DNA of 64,000 nt, taken from NCBI GenBank assembly GCA_011390065.1, contig JAABTD010000005.1, positions 339 to 64,338 of the forward strand, read 5' to 3'. Below, in pieces: positions 55,952 to 64,000 of the stretch. The position numbers and the translations under genes were made by a program. This DNA comes from Desulfobacteraceae bacterium (lineage in GTDB: Bacteria; Desulfobacterota; Desulfobacteria; Desulfobacterales; JAABSP01). The notes below the pieces were generated by a model, which ran no database searches, was not told where the DNA came from, and worked only from the letters and a program-made list of their open reading frames with translations. How positions within the stretch are numbered: position 1 is the stretch's first letter; the number at the start of each line of letters is the position of its first letter.

Positions 55952-58900
55952 TTACTTGAAATAAACCGACCCCTCCTGGTCGATGGCCAGGGTTTCCGCG
56001 GCCAGCGTCTCCAGCAGATCGACGACCGGCCCCAAATGCGCAAGAACCCCTTCATAACGCGCTATGCCGCCGATGTTTGCGATATTGAGCCGGTCGATGG
56101 GGGGAATCGCTATACGGGTTCCGCCCACCGCTACCTGGCCGGTCAGCGACAGGGCGCCGTTTTGAATCCTCACCCTGACCCAGCGCGGGGTCCCCCGCCG
56201 CAATAATCGCCTCTGCGCAACGATGGATTCGTTGCTCTCGTAGGGGTCCAGGGCGTAAAGAAACCGTTCCAGAGCACGGGCGCCGATGGGGCTGAGGGTC
56301 GCCGTCAATTGCAGCCCCGATAAGAAGGACGGCATCCGCGTCGCCAGCGGCATCCGCAGGGTCAGTTCTCCCCCGATCTCCGCGGAGCTTCCGGTGGCGG
56401 ATGCATTGCCGGGCAGCAGTTTCCGGCTGTCGATGCCGGTGAAGGCGATGCGGGTCCGGAGGTAAAATCCTTCCAGGTCTTTTGCCAGACCCAGGGCGCC
56501 CATCAGGGTCCCACCCAGCAGATCGGCCTGGAAAAATTCGCTGCCCGGCAGACCGCTCTTCAGCCCGATATCCACCATGGCGTTTTCGATGGCCAGGGAC
56601 GACCGGCCGAGCGTCAGTCCCACCAGGGCGCGGTCGAAGGAGAGGGGGTGCTCATCGGTATAGCGCCGCCGCAACCGATCCATGAACCGGCCGGCGCCGC
56701 CGCCCTCCGGCGACTGAATCGAGTCCGGATCAGACCCCATCACCGAAACGGAAAGCGGCAGTTTGTCCGGGGTTTCCGAGACCTGCTCGCTCTCAAATCT
56801 CAGTCGATACCCTTTTTCGATATCCAGATGGATTTGGGCCCCCTCCACTTCAAGCCCGCCCTCCTGCCTGAGGGACATCCCCCGGCTTTCAAGGGACAGA
56901 CCGGCGGACACCCGCTTCCCGGATGCCAGCGCAGCCCGGAAGCCGGCGGTCAATCCGCCCTCTGCAACCAGGCCCGGCAACAGATTGTCCGCCTTCATGT
57001 CCGGGCCGAGTTTCACCTGTCCTTTAACGGTTCCGGCGAGTCTTTTGAGCCAGAGGGCCGTCGGCTCACTCCCTCCGTCCTTGAGCACGCGGTCCAACCC
57101 GCCGAGATCGATGGTCAGGTCCTGGTCCAGGGGAAGCGACCGGATCCGGAGGCGCTGGTTGATTTTAAGCGTCTCGACGGCGCCGGCGCCGCCGTGTTCG
57201 ACGGACAGGGACAGCCGGGCGGGCAGTTTCCGGGCAATGCCTTGCAGGCCGGCGGCAACGCCCTGAACCTTTTGAACCGTCATTTCCGCTGCCAGCGCGC
57301 CCTGACCGGAGCCTGTTGAAAACCGGTACGAAAGGGGTTTCGTCGTCCGGATGGGGCCGATGGCCAGCCGTTTTTCTCCGGACGGGGCCATGGACGCCGT
57401 CACCCCGTCCAGATCCGCGGACAATTCAAACTCCCGGAGAAAGGCCAGTCGTTTCCGGACGTCGAAACCGGACAGGTCCGAGAGGGCGGCGATCTCGGCC
57501 GCTTCAGGCGCCCTCCCGTCCAGGAAAGCCCTGATCCGACTCCGTCCTCCGACGGTTTTTTCCCCGAGAAGGCCGGGAAACGCTTTTTGAAATGCCGTCA
57601 GATTCAGGGACAGGTCCCCGACCGCCTTTATCCGCTCATGGGGTTTGCCGTCGGCGTTGAGGCGAAAAGCGAGAATGTCGCCGAGGTCGAACCGGCAGTC
57701 GACGCCTTCAAGAGAGATGGACGATATATCGTCTCCCCTGATATGCATCCCCCCCGTTGCCCCGAAAGCCAGCCCCGCCATGGCAACGTCATGGGGGGGG
57801 GTGAACCGGGGGGCGCGCAACCGCACGCCGCCAATCTCCAGCTTCGAGGACGCCACCCTCAAATCGGTGCTCCCATCGGGGTTGGGCGCGGCGGACGCCG
57901 CCAGAGAGAAGGCGGTTTTTTCCAGCGTTCCCGCTCCGGGAAGTTCGCATCGGCCCACCGACAGATCGGCCGTCCCTCTGATCCGGCCGGAAATCCCGGA
58001 TAAATGATGTTGCGCAGGCCGCACTTCTTCGGCATGGATGGCGATGTTTGTCGCTTCCAGGGACGACGCCGCGACGCCGTCTTTTCCCTGCCGGCAGGTC
58101 TCGGCCCGGAGCCGCGCAGACAGCGAAAGGGTTTCGGGGAAGCCGTTCAACAAACGGGCCTGAAGGGATGGGACGAAGATCTCGACGCCCGCCAGGGCCA
58201 TCCCGGCGGCCTCCGGTTCCACGGTGAGTCGGGGAACGGTCAGTTCCAGGCGCCGGGCGATCATTTCCAATGCCTCTTCCCCTGATTTCCTGAACAGATC
58301 CAGAGACGCCAGAGCGAGCCGGGGCGGGTCCGTCCCTTCATCGCCGATATCCATTTCCAGTTCAGTCGGCATAAAGGGCTCGGCCAGAGACAGCATCTCC
58401 CGAATATCAACCGTGACCGGCCCGATGCGCAGGTCCAGTTCCGGGGATGGATCGAAAGCACCGGCAATGGCGCCGCGCCAGATCATTCGCGTTTCGTCCA
58501 TCAGCTGAAGCGATCCCCTTTCAATGCGGATTTCGCCGCCTTCGAAATCGACCGCGCCCTGATGCTGAAAAGAGAAATCGAGGGGGCCGATCGTTTCTCC
58601 GGGAGCGGGCAACCCTGAAACGGCGAGATTTTCGCCGTCAAGGGTCGCGTTGAGGGCCAATTCCGTCCTGTTCGGATCCGGCGCCGTTGCCGGCCCGGGG
58701 GTGCGCGCGGCGTCCAGCGTCAGCGTCAGTTTTCCCTGGGGCCGCAAGCCGGACACGCCCGCGGGAAGCAGCGGCCGTGCGACATTGAACAGGACCGGCA
58801 GGTCCAGATCGAGGCGCCCGTTCAGCCTCTCCTTCTGTTGGGCCGGAGCGCCGGTCATTTTCAGGCGGACCCCCGGCAGATCGGCCTCGGCCTCCGCCTT

Positions 58901-59653
58901 CATGCGGTTTAAGGTCAATTTCCGGTTGGGGCCGAAAAGGCCTGTCGCCGAGAGGGTCATGCCCAGGGGCGGCAGGTCCCTGCCGTCCAGCGTCAGATTG
59001 GACCCGGCGATCAGCGTGACGGGTTTTTCGGCGAGGGAGGGGATGTCCAGCAGCACTTCCCCGTCGGTCAAGACCAAGCGGCTGGGCAGGGTTCGGTCCT
59101 CAGCGATCACCGACATCTGTCTCAGGTGAACCCGGGCATTAACGTCAAAGGGGAGGGAGCGTTCCGTTTCCCCGGCTGAAACCACGTCCGTTTCTTCTCC
59201 CCTGTCAGGACCGCCCGGCGCCAGATCCGCCAGCCATTTACCGAAATTGGCGTCGCCGTCTTTTTTCCGGACAAAATGGACGGACAAGCCGTCCACCACG
59301 ACATCGACGTCGAACCGGTCTTTAAACAACGACCGGATGCCGGTGCGAATCCGGACTTTCCGAATGGCGGCAATGGGGATGTCTGAAAAATCCGGGTCGT
59401 CGGCTACCGTTGCTTCTTCGATGAGAATGCCGCCGGCCCAGGTCCAGAGCACGGTTTCAATCCGGACCTCCCGTTTAACGGCCTGACTCAGTTCCACCTC
59501 CACCAGACCCTTGAGCCACGGCGTCGACAGGAAAGTGGGCAGCAACGCCACGGTGCAGGCCACCACCAGGAGAAAAAGCGCCAGAACCCCGATCGTGGCC
59601 GCCAGAACGCGAAGGGTCCACCGCAGGTATTTCCGACGGGCCGGTTCCGTCAA
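55952..59653 (-). CDS. AsmA-like/YdbH-family giant envelope protein (start uncertain)
   Basis: N-terminal TM anchor (LRVLAATIGVLALFLLVVACTVALL), then about 1200 aa of repetitive beta-rich sequence. C-terminus YALDPYESNESIVAQRRLL.. . The only plausible start after the miaA stop is TTG at 59653 (a TTGA overlap). The track's ATG at 59812 lies inside miaA. Confidence 0.65.
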   Translation of the reverse strand: MTEPARRKYLRWTLRVLAATIGVLALFLLVVACTVALLPTFLSTPWLKGLVEVELSQAVKREVRIETVLWTWAGGILIEEATVADDPDFSDIPIAAIRKVRIRTGIRSLFKDRFDVDVVVDGLSVHFVRKKDGDANFGKWLADLAPGGPDRGEETDVVSAGETERSLPFDVNARVHLRQMSVIAEDRTLPSRLVLTDGEVLLDIPSLAEKPVTLIAGSNLTLDGRDLPPLGMTLSATGLFGPNRKLTLNRMKAEAEADLPGVRLKMTGAPAQQKERLNGRLDLDLPVLFNVARPLLPAGVSGLRPQGKLTLTLDAARTPGPATAPDPNRTELALNATLDGENLAVSGLPAPGETIGPLDFSFQHQGAVDFEGGEIRIERGSLQLMDETRMIWRGAIAGAFDPSPELDLRIGPVTVDIREMLSLAEPFMPTELEMDIGDEGTDPPRLALASLDLFRKSGEEALEMIARRLELTVPRLTVEPEAAGMALAGVEIFVPSLQARLLNGFPETLSLSARLRAETCRQGKDGVAASSLEATNIAIHAEEVRPAQHHLSGISGRIRGTADLSVGRCELPGAGTLEKTAFSLAASAAPNPDGSTDLRVASSKLEIGGVRLRAPRFTPPHDVAMAGLAFGATGGMHIRGDDISSISLEGVDCRFDLGDILAFRLNADGKPHERIKAVGDLSLNLTAFQKAFPGLLGEKTVGGRSRIRAFLDGRAPEAAEIAALSDLSGFDVRKRLAFLREFELSADLDGVTASMAPSGEKRLAIGPIRTTKPLSYRFSTGSGQGALAAEMTVQKVQGVAAGLQGIARKLPARLSLSVEHGGAGAVETLKINQRLRIRSLPLDQDLTIDLGGLDRVLKDGGSEPTALWLKRLAGTVKGQVKLGPDMKADNLLPGLVAEGGLTAGFRAALASGKRVSAGLSLESRGMSLRQEGGLEVEGAQIHLDIEKGYRLRFESEQVSETPDKLPLSVSVMGSDPDSIQSPEGGGAGRFMDRLRRRYTDEHPLSFDRALVGLTLGRSSLAIENAMVDIGLKSGLPGSEFFQADLLGGTLMGALGLAKDLEGFYLRTRIAFTGIDSRKLLPGNASATGSSAEIGGELTLRMPLATRMPSFLSGLQLTATLSPIGARALERFLYALDPYESNESIVAQRRLLRRGTPRWVRVRIQNGALSLTGQVAVGGTRIAIPPIDRLNIANIGGIARYEGVLAHLGPVVDLLETLAAETLAIDQEGSVYFK

Positions 59654-60591
59654 ACCGGGAACCTTTCCAGAAACGCGGCTGTCCGATCCGTTAAGGCAGG
59701 AATTTCCGAAGGCGAATGCCACGTCATTTCCGGATCGGCCCGGAACCAGGTGAGCTGGCGCTTGGCGTACCGTCGGGTGTCGCGCTTGAGGGTGCGGACG
59801 GCTTCCTCCCAAGTCAGGTCGCCGGCGAGCCAGGCGGCCATATGCCGGTAGCCGATGGACCGCATTGGTTTCAGGTCGGGTCCGTAGCCCATCTCGATCA
59901 GCGCTTTCACCTCCTCCAGGAGCCCTTCCGCGATCATGAGATCCACCCGCCGGTCGATGCGCTCGTAGAGCGTTTCACGGGGCAGCGTCAACCCGATTTT
60001 GAGGGCGTCGAAACGGGCCTCCGCGAACCGGTGATCCCCGTGGTGGTCGGAAAGGGGCTTTCCGGTGGCTTCGCATATTTCCAGGGCCCGGACTATCCGG
60101 AAGGCGTCGTTGGGATGGAGCCGCCGGGCCGCCTCCGGATCTTTCAGGCGAAGCCGTTCATACAGTTGGGCCGATCCCCGTTTCTCCGCCTCTCTTTTAA
60201 GCCGCTCCCGAACTTCGGGATCGACCGGACGGGCCTGAAAGATGCCGTGGACCAGGGCCTTGATATAGAGCCCCGTGCCGCCAACCACCAGGGGAAGGAG
60301 CCTTTCCTCATGGAGCCGTTCGATCCCATCCCCCGCCGTCTCCGCATACCGGGCCGCGTCAAAAGGTTCGTCCGGGTTCAGGATGTCGATCATGTGATGC
60401 CGGACCCGGGCCTGTTCCTCCGGCGTCGGTTTGGCCGTGCCGATGTCCATGGACCGATAGATTTGCATGGAATCGGCCCCCACGATCTCGCCGCCGAAAG
60501 CTTCGGCCACGGCGATGGCCGCGGCCGTTTTCCCGACCCCCGTGGGGCCGCAGATCACCACAATGGGCTGTTTGCCGTTGCTGAAGGTCAT
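59650..60591 (-). CDS. miaA: tRNA dimethylallyltransferase
   Basis: IVVICGPTGVGKTAAAI ... ADSMQIYRSMDIGTAKP. Confidence 0.95.
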   Translation of the reverse strand: MTFSNGKQPIVVICGPTGVGKTAAAIAVAEAFGGEIVGADSMQIYRSMDIGTAKPTPEEQARVRHHMIDILNPDEPFDAARYAETAGDGIERLHEERLLPLVVGGTGLYIKALVHGIFQARPVDPEVRERLKREAEKRGSAQLYERLRLKDPEAARRLHPNDAFRIVRALEICEATGKPLSDHHGDHRFAEARFDALKIGLTLPRETLYERIDRRVDLMIAEGLLEEVKALIEMGYGPDLKPMRSIGYRHMAAWLAGDLTWEEAVRTLKRDTRRYAKRQLTWFRADPEMTWHSPSEIPALTDRTAAFLERFPV

Positions 60592-62510
60592 TCGGCGATC
60601 ACATGGCGCAGAAGGCCGACAACGTCTTCCAGCCCGATCCGATGGTTGCCGTCGAGGTCCAGGATCGGGGAAGCCGGATCATCGGAAAACCCCGCTGTGA
60701 TTCTGAGGGCGGACAAAACATCGCCCAGGTGGAATATAACGCCCCCGGGATCGATGGACACGATCACCGGATCATGATCAGAAGATCGGAACGGCCCCGG
60801 ATCGTACAGGATCGCGCCGCCCTCCGTCCACTTCAGCGTGGTGTAATCGAGAATGGACGGTTCATCCGCATTGATGCGCCACACAGCCGCATGATGGATC
60901 TGAGAGGCCATGGACGGGCTGGCCAGCGCATGATCCAGGGCGCCGGCGGCGCCGTCGTAAACATAAGTGGAGACGTCCGGCCCGATATGGGCTTGGAGAA
61001 GATCGACGTACGCCGCCTCCCGGAGAACGGTCAGGGGATCTTCAAAGGCATAGGCGTTCAGATCTCCGATGATCAGGATATCCGGGTCGTCGGCGCCGTA
61101 AGGGGCGGTTTCCAGCCATGCGACGAGTTCCATGGCGGCCCGGGTCCGTTCGCCGTTGCAGTGGCCCTGATCGGTCTCTTCCTCGGGGTCGCCCTCGCAG
61201 GGGGTGGACCGGGATCGGAAATGATTGACCACCACGGTGAAGGTTTCGCCGGTGGCGATTTCCCGGAAGGATTGGGCCAGGGGCGGCCGGCTGGTCCCGG
61301 CGAAGGCGCCGCTGGTCAGAGCCGAGGCCGGCCCTGCCGGCGCGACGGTTTCCCGGCGGAAGATGAGGCCGTTGGCGATGGCGTCGTTGCCCAGCCTATC
61401 GGTCTCCGGCCTGATATAATCGTAGGACGCGTCCTTTGGGGCAGCGGCGTTCAACCCATCCGTCAATTGGGCAATGGCGCTCTCCGGCCCGTAGCCGTCG
61501 TTTTCCATCTCCATGAGACCGACCACGTCGGCGGCCATGCCGGTCAGGGCGGCCGTGATTTTGGCGTGTTGCCGGGCAAAGGCTTCAGGAGTGGCCGCAC
61601 CGCGAGAAGTGGGAAATTCGGGTCCGTTGAAATAATTCTGAAGATTAAAGCCGGCTGCCCGGAGTCGTCCGGCCGAGACCGGACCGTCGCTTCGGGGATT
61701 GGCATCCGTTTCGAACGCGACCGGTTCGGTGGGGTGAAACCGGTATTCGCCGAAGCTGAAATCCAGGACGCCGATCAGGCCCGTAACCGCATAACCCGTC
61801 CGCAGGGGGCGGTCGGCGGTCATCCCGGGATTCGGATAGGGAATGGGAACAGGCTCGAAACGGGTGCTCCCGTCGTCGAGGATGAGGCGATTGAGACGGT
61901 TGGCATCGGCCACCGCCTGGGATTGGGGTCCGGGCGGGGCCGCGGCTGTCGGCTGCATGGGCCGGCCGCGGGACAGAACCACCGATCCGTACGCCGGCAG
62001 GGCGCTGATATCCGATACCGTCAACCGCTGGGGCAACACGACCCGCATGCCTTCATACCGCTCCAGATCGGCAATGGACGGCAGCGGCAGGGTCAGTTCC
62101 ACCGGCGGCGGCAGGGCGACCCCGGATTGAAGGATCGACAGGTCCCGGACCGCTGTGATCTCGGTCAAGCCATTGTATTCCATCACTTCGCCGGTCAGCT
62201 TGACCCGGTCGCCGATCCGGACGTCGGTTTGGTCATGATAGACGAAGATCCCTTCCGAAGTGGCAGGATCATCATCGGGAAATTCTTCCTGTAAAAAGAA
62301 CCCTTTGAGTTCGTCATCGTCCTGAAAATCGCCCACTGCCGCACCTTGAACCGTGCGGATTTGACCGACCATTGAACTCTCGTCCCCGCGCCCCTGAATC
62401 TCATGGACGGGGGTGGCCTCCGCCAGGGCGGCGGTGGGTGGAAGAAAAAAGACCACAGCAAAAACTACTGATATTGTAGGTAATAAAAAATTATATCGAT
62501 TTTTTTTCAT
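60588..62510 (-). CDS. ExeM/NucH-type extracellular endonuclease (EEP fold) with a C-terminal dockerin-like repeat
   Basis: Signal peptide. OB/LTD-like N-terminal region (VHEIQG...VTGEVMEYNGLTEI). EEP motifs (GFNLQNYF, GLMEMEN, VNHFRS, IGDLNAY, SDHDPV). C-terminal DLDGNHRIGLEDVVGLLRHV. Start taken at ATG 62510. Confidence 0.8.
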   Translation of the reverse strand: MKKNRYNFLLPTISVVFAVVFFLPPTAALAEATPVHEIQGRGDESSMVGQIRTVQGAAVGDFQDDDELKGFFLQEEFPDDDPATSEGIFVYHDQTDVRIGDRVKLTGEVMEYNGLTEITAVRDLSILQSGVALPPPVELTLPLPSIADLERYEGMRVVLPQRLTVSDISALPAYGSVVLSRGRPMQPTAAAPPGPQSQAVADANRLNRLILDDGSTRFEPVPIPYPNPGMTADRPLRTGYAVTGLIGVLDFSFGEYRFHPTEPVAFETDANPRSDGPVSAGRLRAAGFNLQNYFNGPEFPTSRGAATPEAFARQHAKITAALTGMAADVVGLMEMENDGYGPESAIAQLTDGLNAAAPKDASYDYIRPETDRLGNDAIANGLIFRRETVAPAGPASALTSGAFAGTSRPPLAQSFREIATGETFTVVVNHFRSRSTPCEGDPEEETDQGHCNGERTRAAMELVAWLETAPYGADDPDILIIGDLNAYAFEDPLTVLREAAYVDLLQAHIGPDVSTYVYDGAAGALDHALASPSMASQIHHAAVWRINADEPSILDYTTLKWTEGGAILYDPGPFRSSDHDPVIVSIDPGGVIFHLGDVLSALRITAGFSDDPASPILDLDGNHRIGLEDVVGLLRHVIAE

Positions 62511-62668
62511 TTTTTTTCGTCGCCCTAACAATTCCCTAACAATTGACCCCTATATTCCCTTTCAACAAGACGCCGGCAGGGGCCGGCCGCAGCCCGGCGC
62601 GGGCGGTTCCGCGCCGCGCTATTGAAAGTGATTTTGCACTTTAACAAAAACGGGAGGAAAAAAGAAGC

Positions 62669-63484
62669 ATGAAACATTTCAAGAAGGCACTCGTTATTCT
62701 GCTGGCATTGACGTTCGCGGCGTCCGCCGCCTGGGCCGAGCAACTGGTCATCAAGGGATCCACCACCGTACTGCCCATCGCCCAGAAAGTGGCTGAGGCG
62801 TATATGAAGGAGAATCCGGAGATGAGAATCTCCATCTCCGGCGGCGGGTCCGGCAACGGCATCAAGGCCATTATCGACGGTACCACCGACATCGGCAATT
62901 CATCCCGGTTCATCAAGGACAAAGAGGTGAAGCTGGCCCTGGAAAGAGGCGCCTATCCGGTCCCCTTCCGGGTCGCCTACGACTGCATCGTGCCGGTGGT
63001 GCATCCGTCCAACAATGTCGCAAACCTGACCATGGACGCCCTCAAAATGATCTACGAGGGAAAACACACGAACTGGAAGGAAGTGGGCGGCCCCGACAAG
63101 CCAATCGTGGTCATCTCCCGGGACACATCCTCGGGCACCTATGAAGTCTGGGAAAAGAAGGTCATGGTCAAAAGCCGGGTCTATCCGGGCGCCCTGCTCC
63201 AGGCGTCCAACGGCGCCGTGGCCCAGGCCGTGGCCAAAAACCCCAACGCCATCGGCTACCTCGGCGTGGGCTATCTAAACGACGATGTCAAGGCCGTGAC
63301 GGTCGACGGCATCGTCGGCTCTAAAGAGACCACCCTCAACGGCACCTTCCCCATCAGCCGGCCCCTGTTCATGTTCACCCGCGGCTGGCCCGAAGGGAAA
63401 GTCGTGGACTTCCTCAACTACATGCTCCATCCTGAAACGGGTCAGAAGTTGGTGGAAGCCACGGGGTATGTGCCGCTGTACTAA
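62669..63484 (+). CDS. pstS: phosphate ABC transporter substrate-binding protein
   Basis: Signal peptide, IKGSTTVLPIAQKVAEAY, SGGGSGNGI and SRDTSSGTY. Confidence 0.9.
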   Translation: MKHFKKALVILLALTFAASAAWAEQLVIKGSTTVLPIAQKVAEAYMKENPEMRISISGGGSGNGIKAIIDGTTDIGNSSRFIKDKEVKLALERGAYPVPFRVAYDCIVPVVHPSNNVANLTMDALKMIYEGKHTNWKEVGGPDKPIVVISRDTSSGTYEVWEKKVMVKSRVYPGALLQASNGAVAQAVAKNPNAIGYLGVGYLNDDVKAVTVDGIVGSKETTLNGTFPISRPLFMFTRGWPEGKVVDFLNYMLHPETGQKLVEATGYVPLY

Positions 63485-63486
63485 AA

Positions 63487-63556
63487 GTGGATAGTGGATA
63501 GTGAATAGTGTATGGTGGATAGTGGATAGTGTATGGTGGATAGTGGATAGTGGATA
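63487..63556. repeat. heptad tandem array (GTGGATA-type), 10 units
   Basis: GTGGATA GTGGATA GTGAATA GTGTATG GTGGATA GTGGATA GTGTATG GTGGATA GTGGATA GTGGATA. There is also a 21-bp higher-order period. Confidence 0.9.
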
Positions 63557-63590
63557 GCGAGTTGCAGCTTCCGACCGATGATCCGCCAAT

Positions 63591-63639
63591 CACCAACCAC
63601 CAACCACTGCCCACCAACCACTGCCCACTAACCACTGCC
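63591..63639. repeat. second heptad array (CACCAAC / CACTGCC), 7 units, inverted relative to the first
   Basis: CACCAAC CACCAAC CACTGCC CACCAAC CACTGCC CACTAAC CACTGCC. The reverse complement reads GTGG-nnn heptads, matching about 4-5 of 7 positions of the first array. Confidence 0.85.
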
Positions 63640-63705
63640 CCTTAACCCGGATGACAGGGGATCTCCAGGACGAGGTCCCCTGTCCGTTTCCAGACAGGAA
63701 TCGAA

Positions 63706-64000
63706 ATGGCAGGAAAACGACAGTCAACTGAAAAGGTCATGCGCACGTTTTTTTTCTGCGTGGCCACCGCCTCCATTGCGGTGCTCTTCATGATCATGGT
63801 CTTTCTTTTCATGGAAGGCCTGCCGGTCTTCAACATGGTGTCCGTGAAGGATTTTCTTTTCGGCGTTTACTGGTATCCGACCTCCGATCCGCCGGATTTC
63901 GGCATCTATCCCCTGATCGTCGCATCGCTGTCCGTCACCGCCGTATCCGCGGTGATCGCCATTCCGTTGGGGGTGATGACGGCCATTTACCTGGCGGAAC
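63706..64000 (+). CDS. pstC: phosphate ABC transporter permease, 5' part (continues beyond the window)
   Basis: MAGKRQSTEKVMRTFFFCVATASIAVLFMIMVFLFMEGLPVF...FGIYPLIVASLSVTAVSAVIAIPLGVMTAIYLAE. Open to the window end, so absent from the ORF track. Confidence 0.85.
   Translation, partial: MAGKRQSTEKVMRTFFFCVATASIAVLFMIMVFLFMEGLPVFNMVSVKDFLFGVYWYPTSDPPDFGIYPLIVASLSVTAVSAVIAIPLGVMTAIYLAE

Noticed and set aside
63275-63635. Minus-strand ORFs with repeated STIHH/YPP peptides (63275..63589, 63414..63635).
   Set aside because: They are artefacts of the heptad arrays and overlap the 3' end of pstS on the opposite strand.

Overview
High-GC (roughly 58-60%) bacterial chromosomal window. Gene content fits an anaerobic Desulfobacterota-type (deltaproteobacterial) genome; that assignment is inferred from content only. 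About 55 protein genes, mostly on the minus strand, are tightly packed with many 4-nt ATGA stop/start overlaps. No rRNA, tRNA or CRISPR was seen.

Main blocks:
- 1-9.8 kb: a cytoplasmic molybdopterin oxidoreductase and its Fe-S subunit, co-oriented with a complete rnfCDGEAB operon and a membrane-anchored NifU-like gene.
- 10-12.8 kb: a TetR / acyl-CoA dehydrogenase pair.
- 13-29.5 kb: an acetate-type island. It holds acs, a sodium:solute symporter, a symporter-fused histidine kinase, a CheY-like regulator, a sensor-exonuclease, a cNMP/CBS/DUF294 nucleotidyltransferase and a spore-photoproduct-lyase-like radical SAM gene. A secreted transglutaminase-dockerin protein sits next to it.
- 30-35.5 kb: a ParB-like gene, purC, and an MglA-like GTPase module.
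- 35.8-43.3 kb: housekeeping genes mdh, uvrC, uvrB, cysS and ispF.
- 43.4-45.1 kb: a cohesin protein, a tandem repeat and a low-GC tyrosine recombinase.
- 45.2-55 kb: polA, then a sensory-type [NiFe] hydrogenase coupled to a PAS-rich hybrid kinase and a REC-GGDEF cyclase.
- 55-64 kb: a YdbH/YdbL-like envelope module, miaA, an ExeM/NucH nuclease with a dockerin repeat, and pstS-pstC.

Most notable observations:
1. A predicted H2-sensor to c-di-GMP signalling operon.
2. An in-frame TGA in rnfB, exactly at a conserved Fe-S cysteine, with a SECIS-like hairpin. This is a probable selenocysteine, and the supplied ORF track truncates the gene there.
3. A one-nucleotide frameshift splitting a sensor-exonuclease fusion.
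4. An in-frame TAG in a PilZ gene inside an MglA module that has no mglB.
5. Dispersed cohesin and dockerin modules.
6. Several unannotated small elements: a 28-aa micro-ORF, heptad repeat arrays and palindromes.

All functional calls come from by-eye motif recognition. No database search was run.
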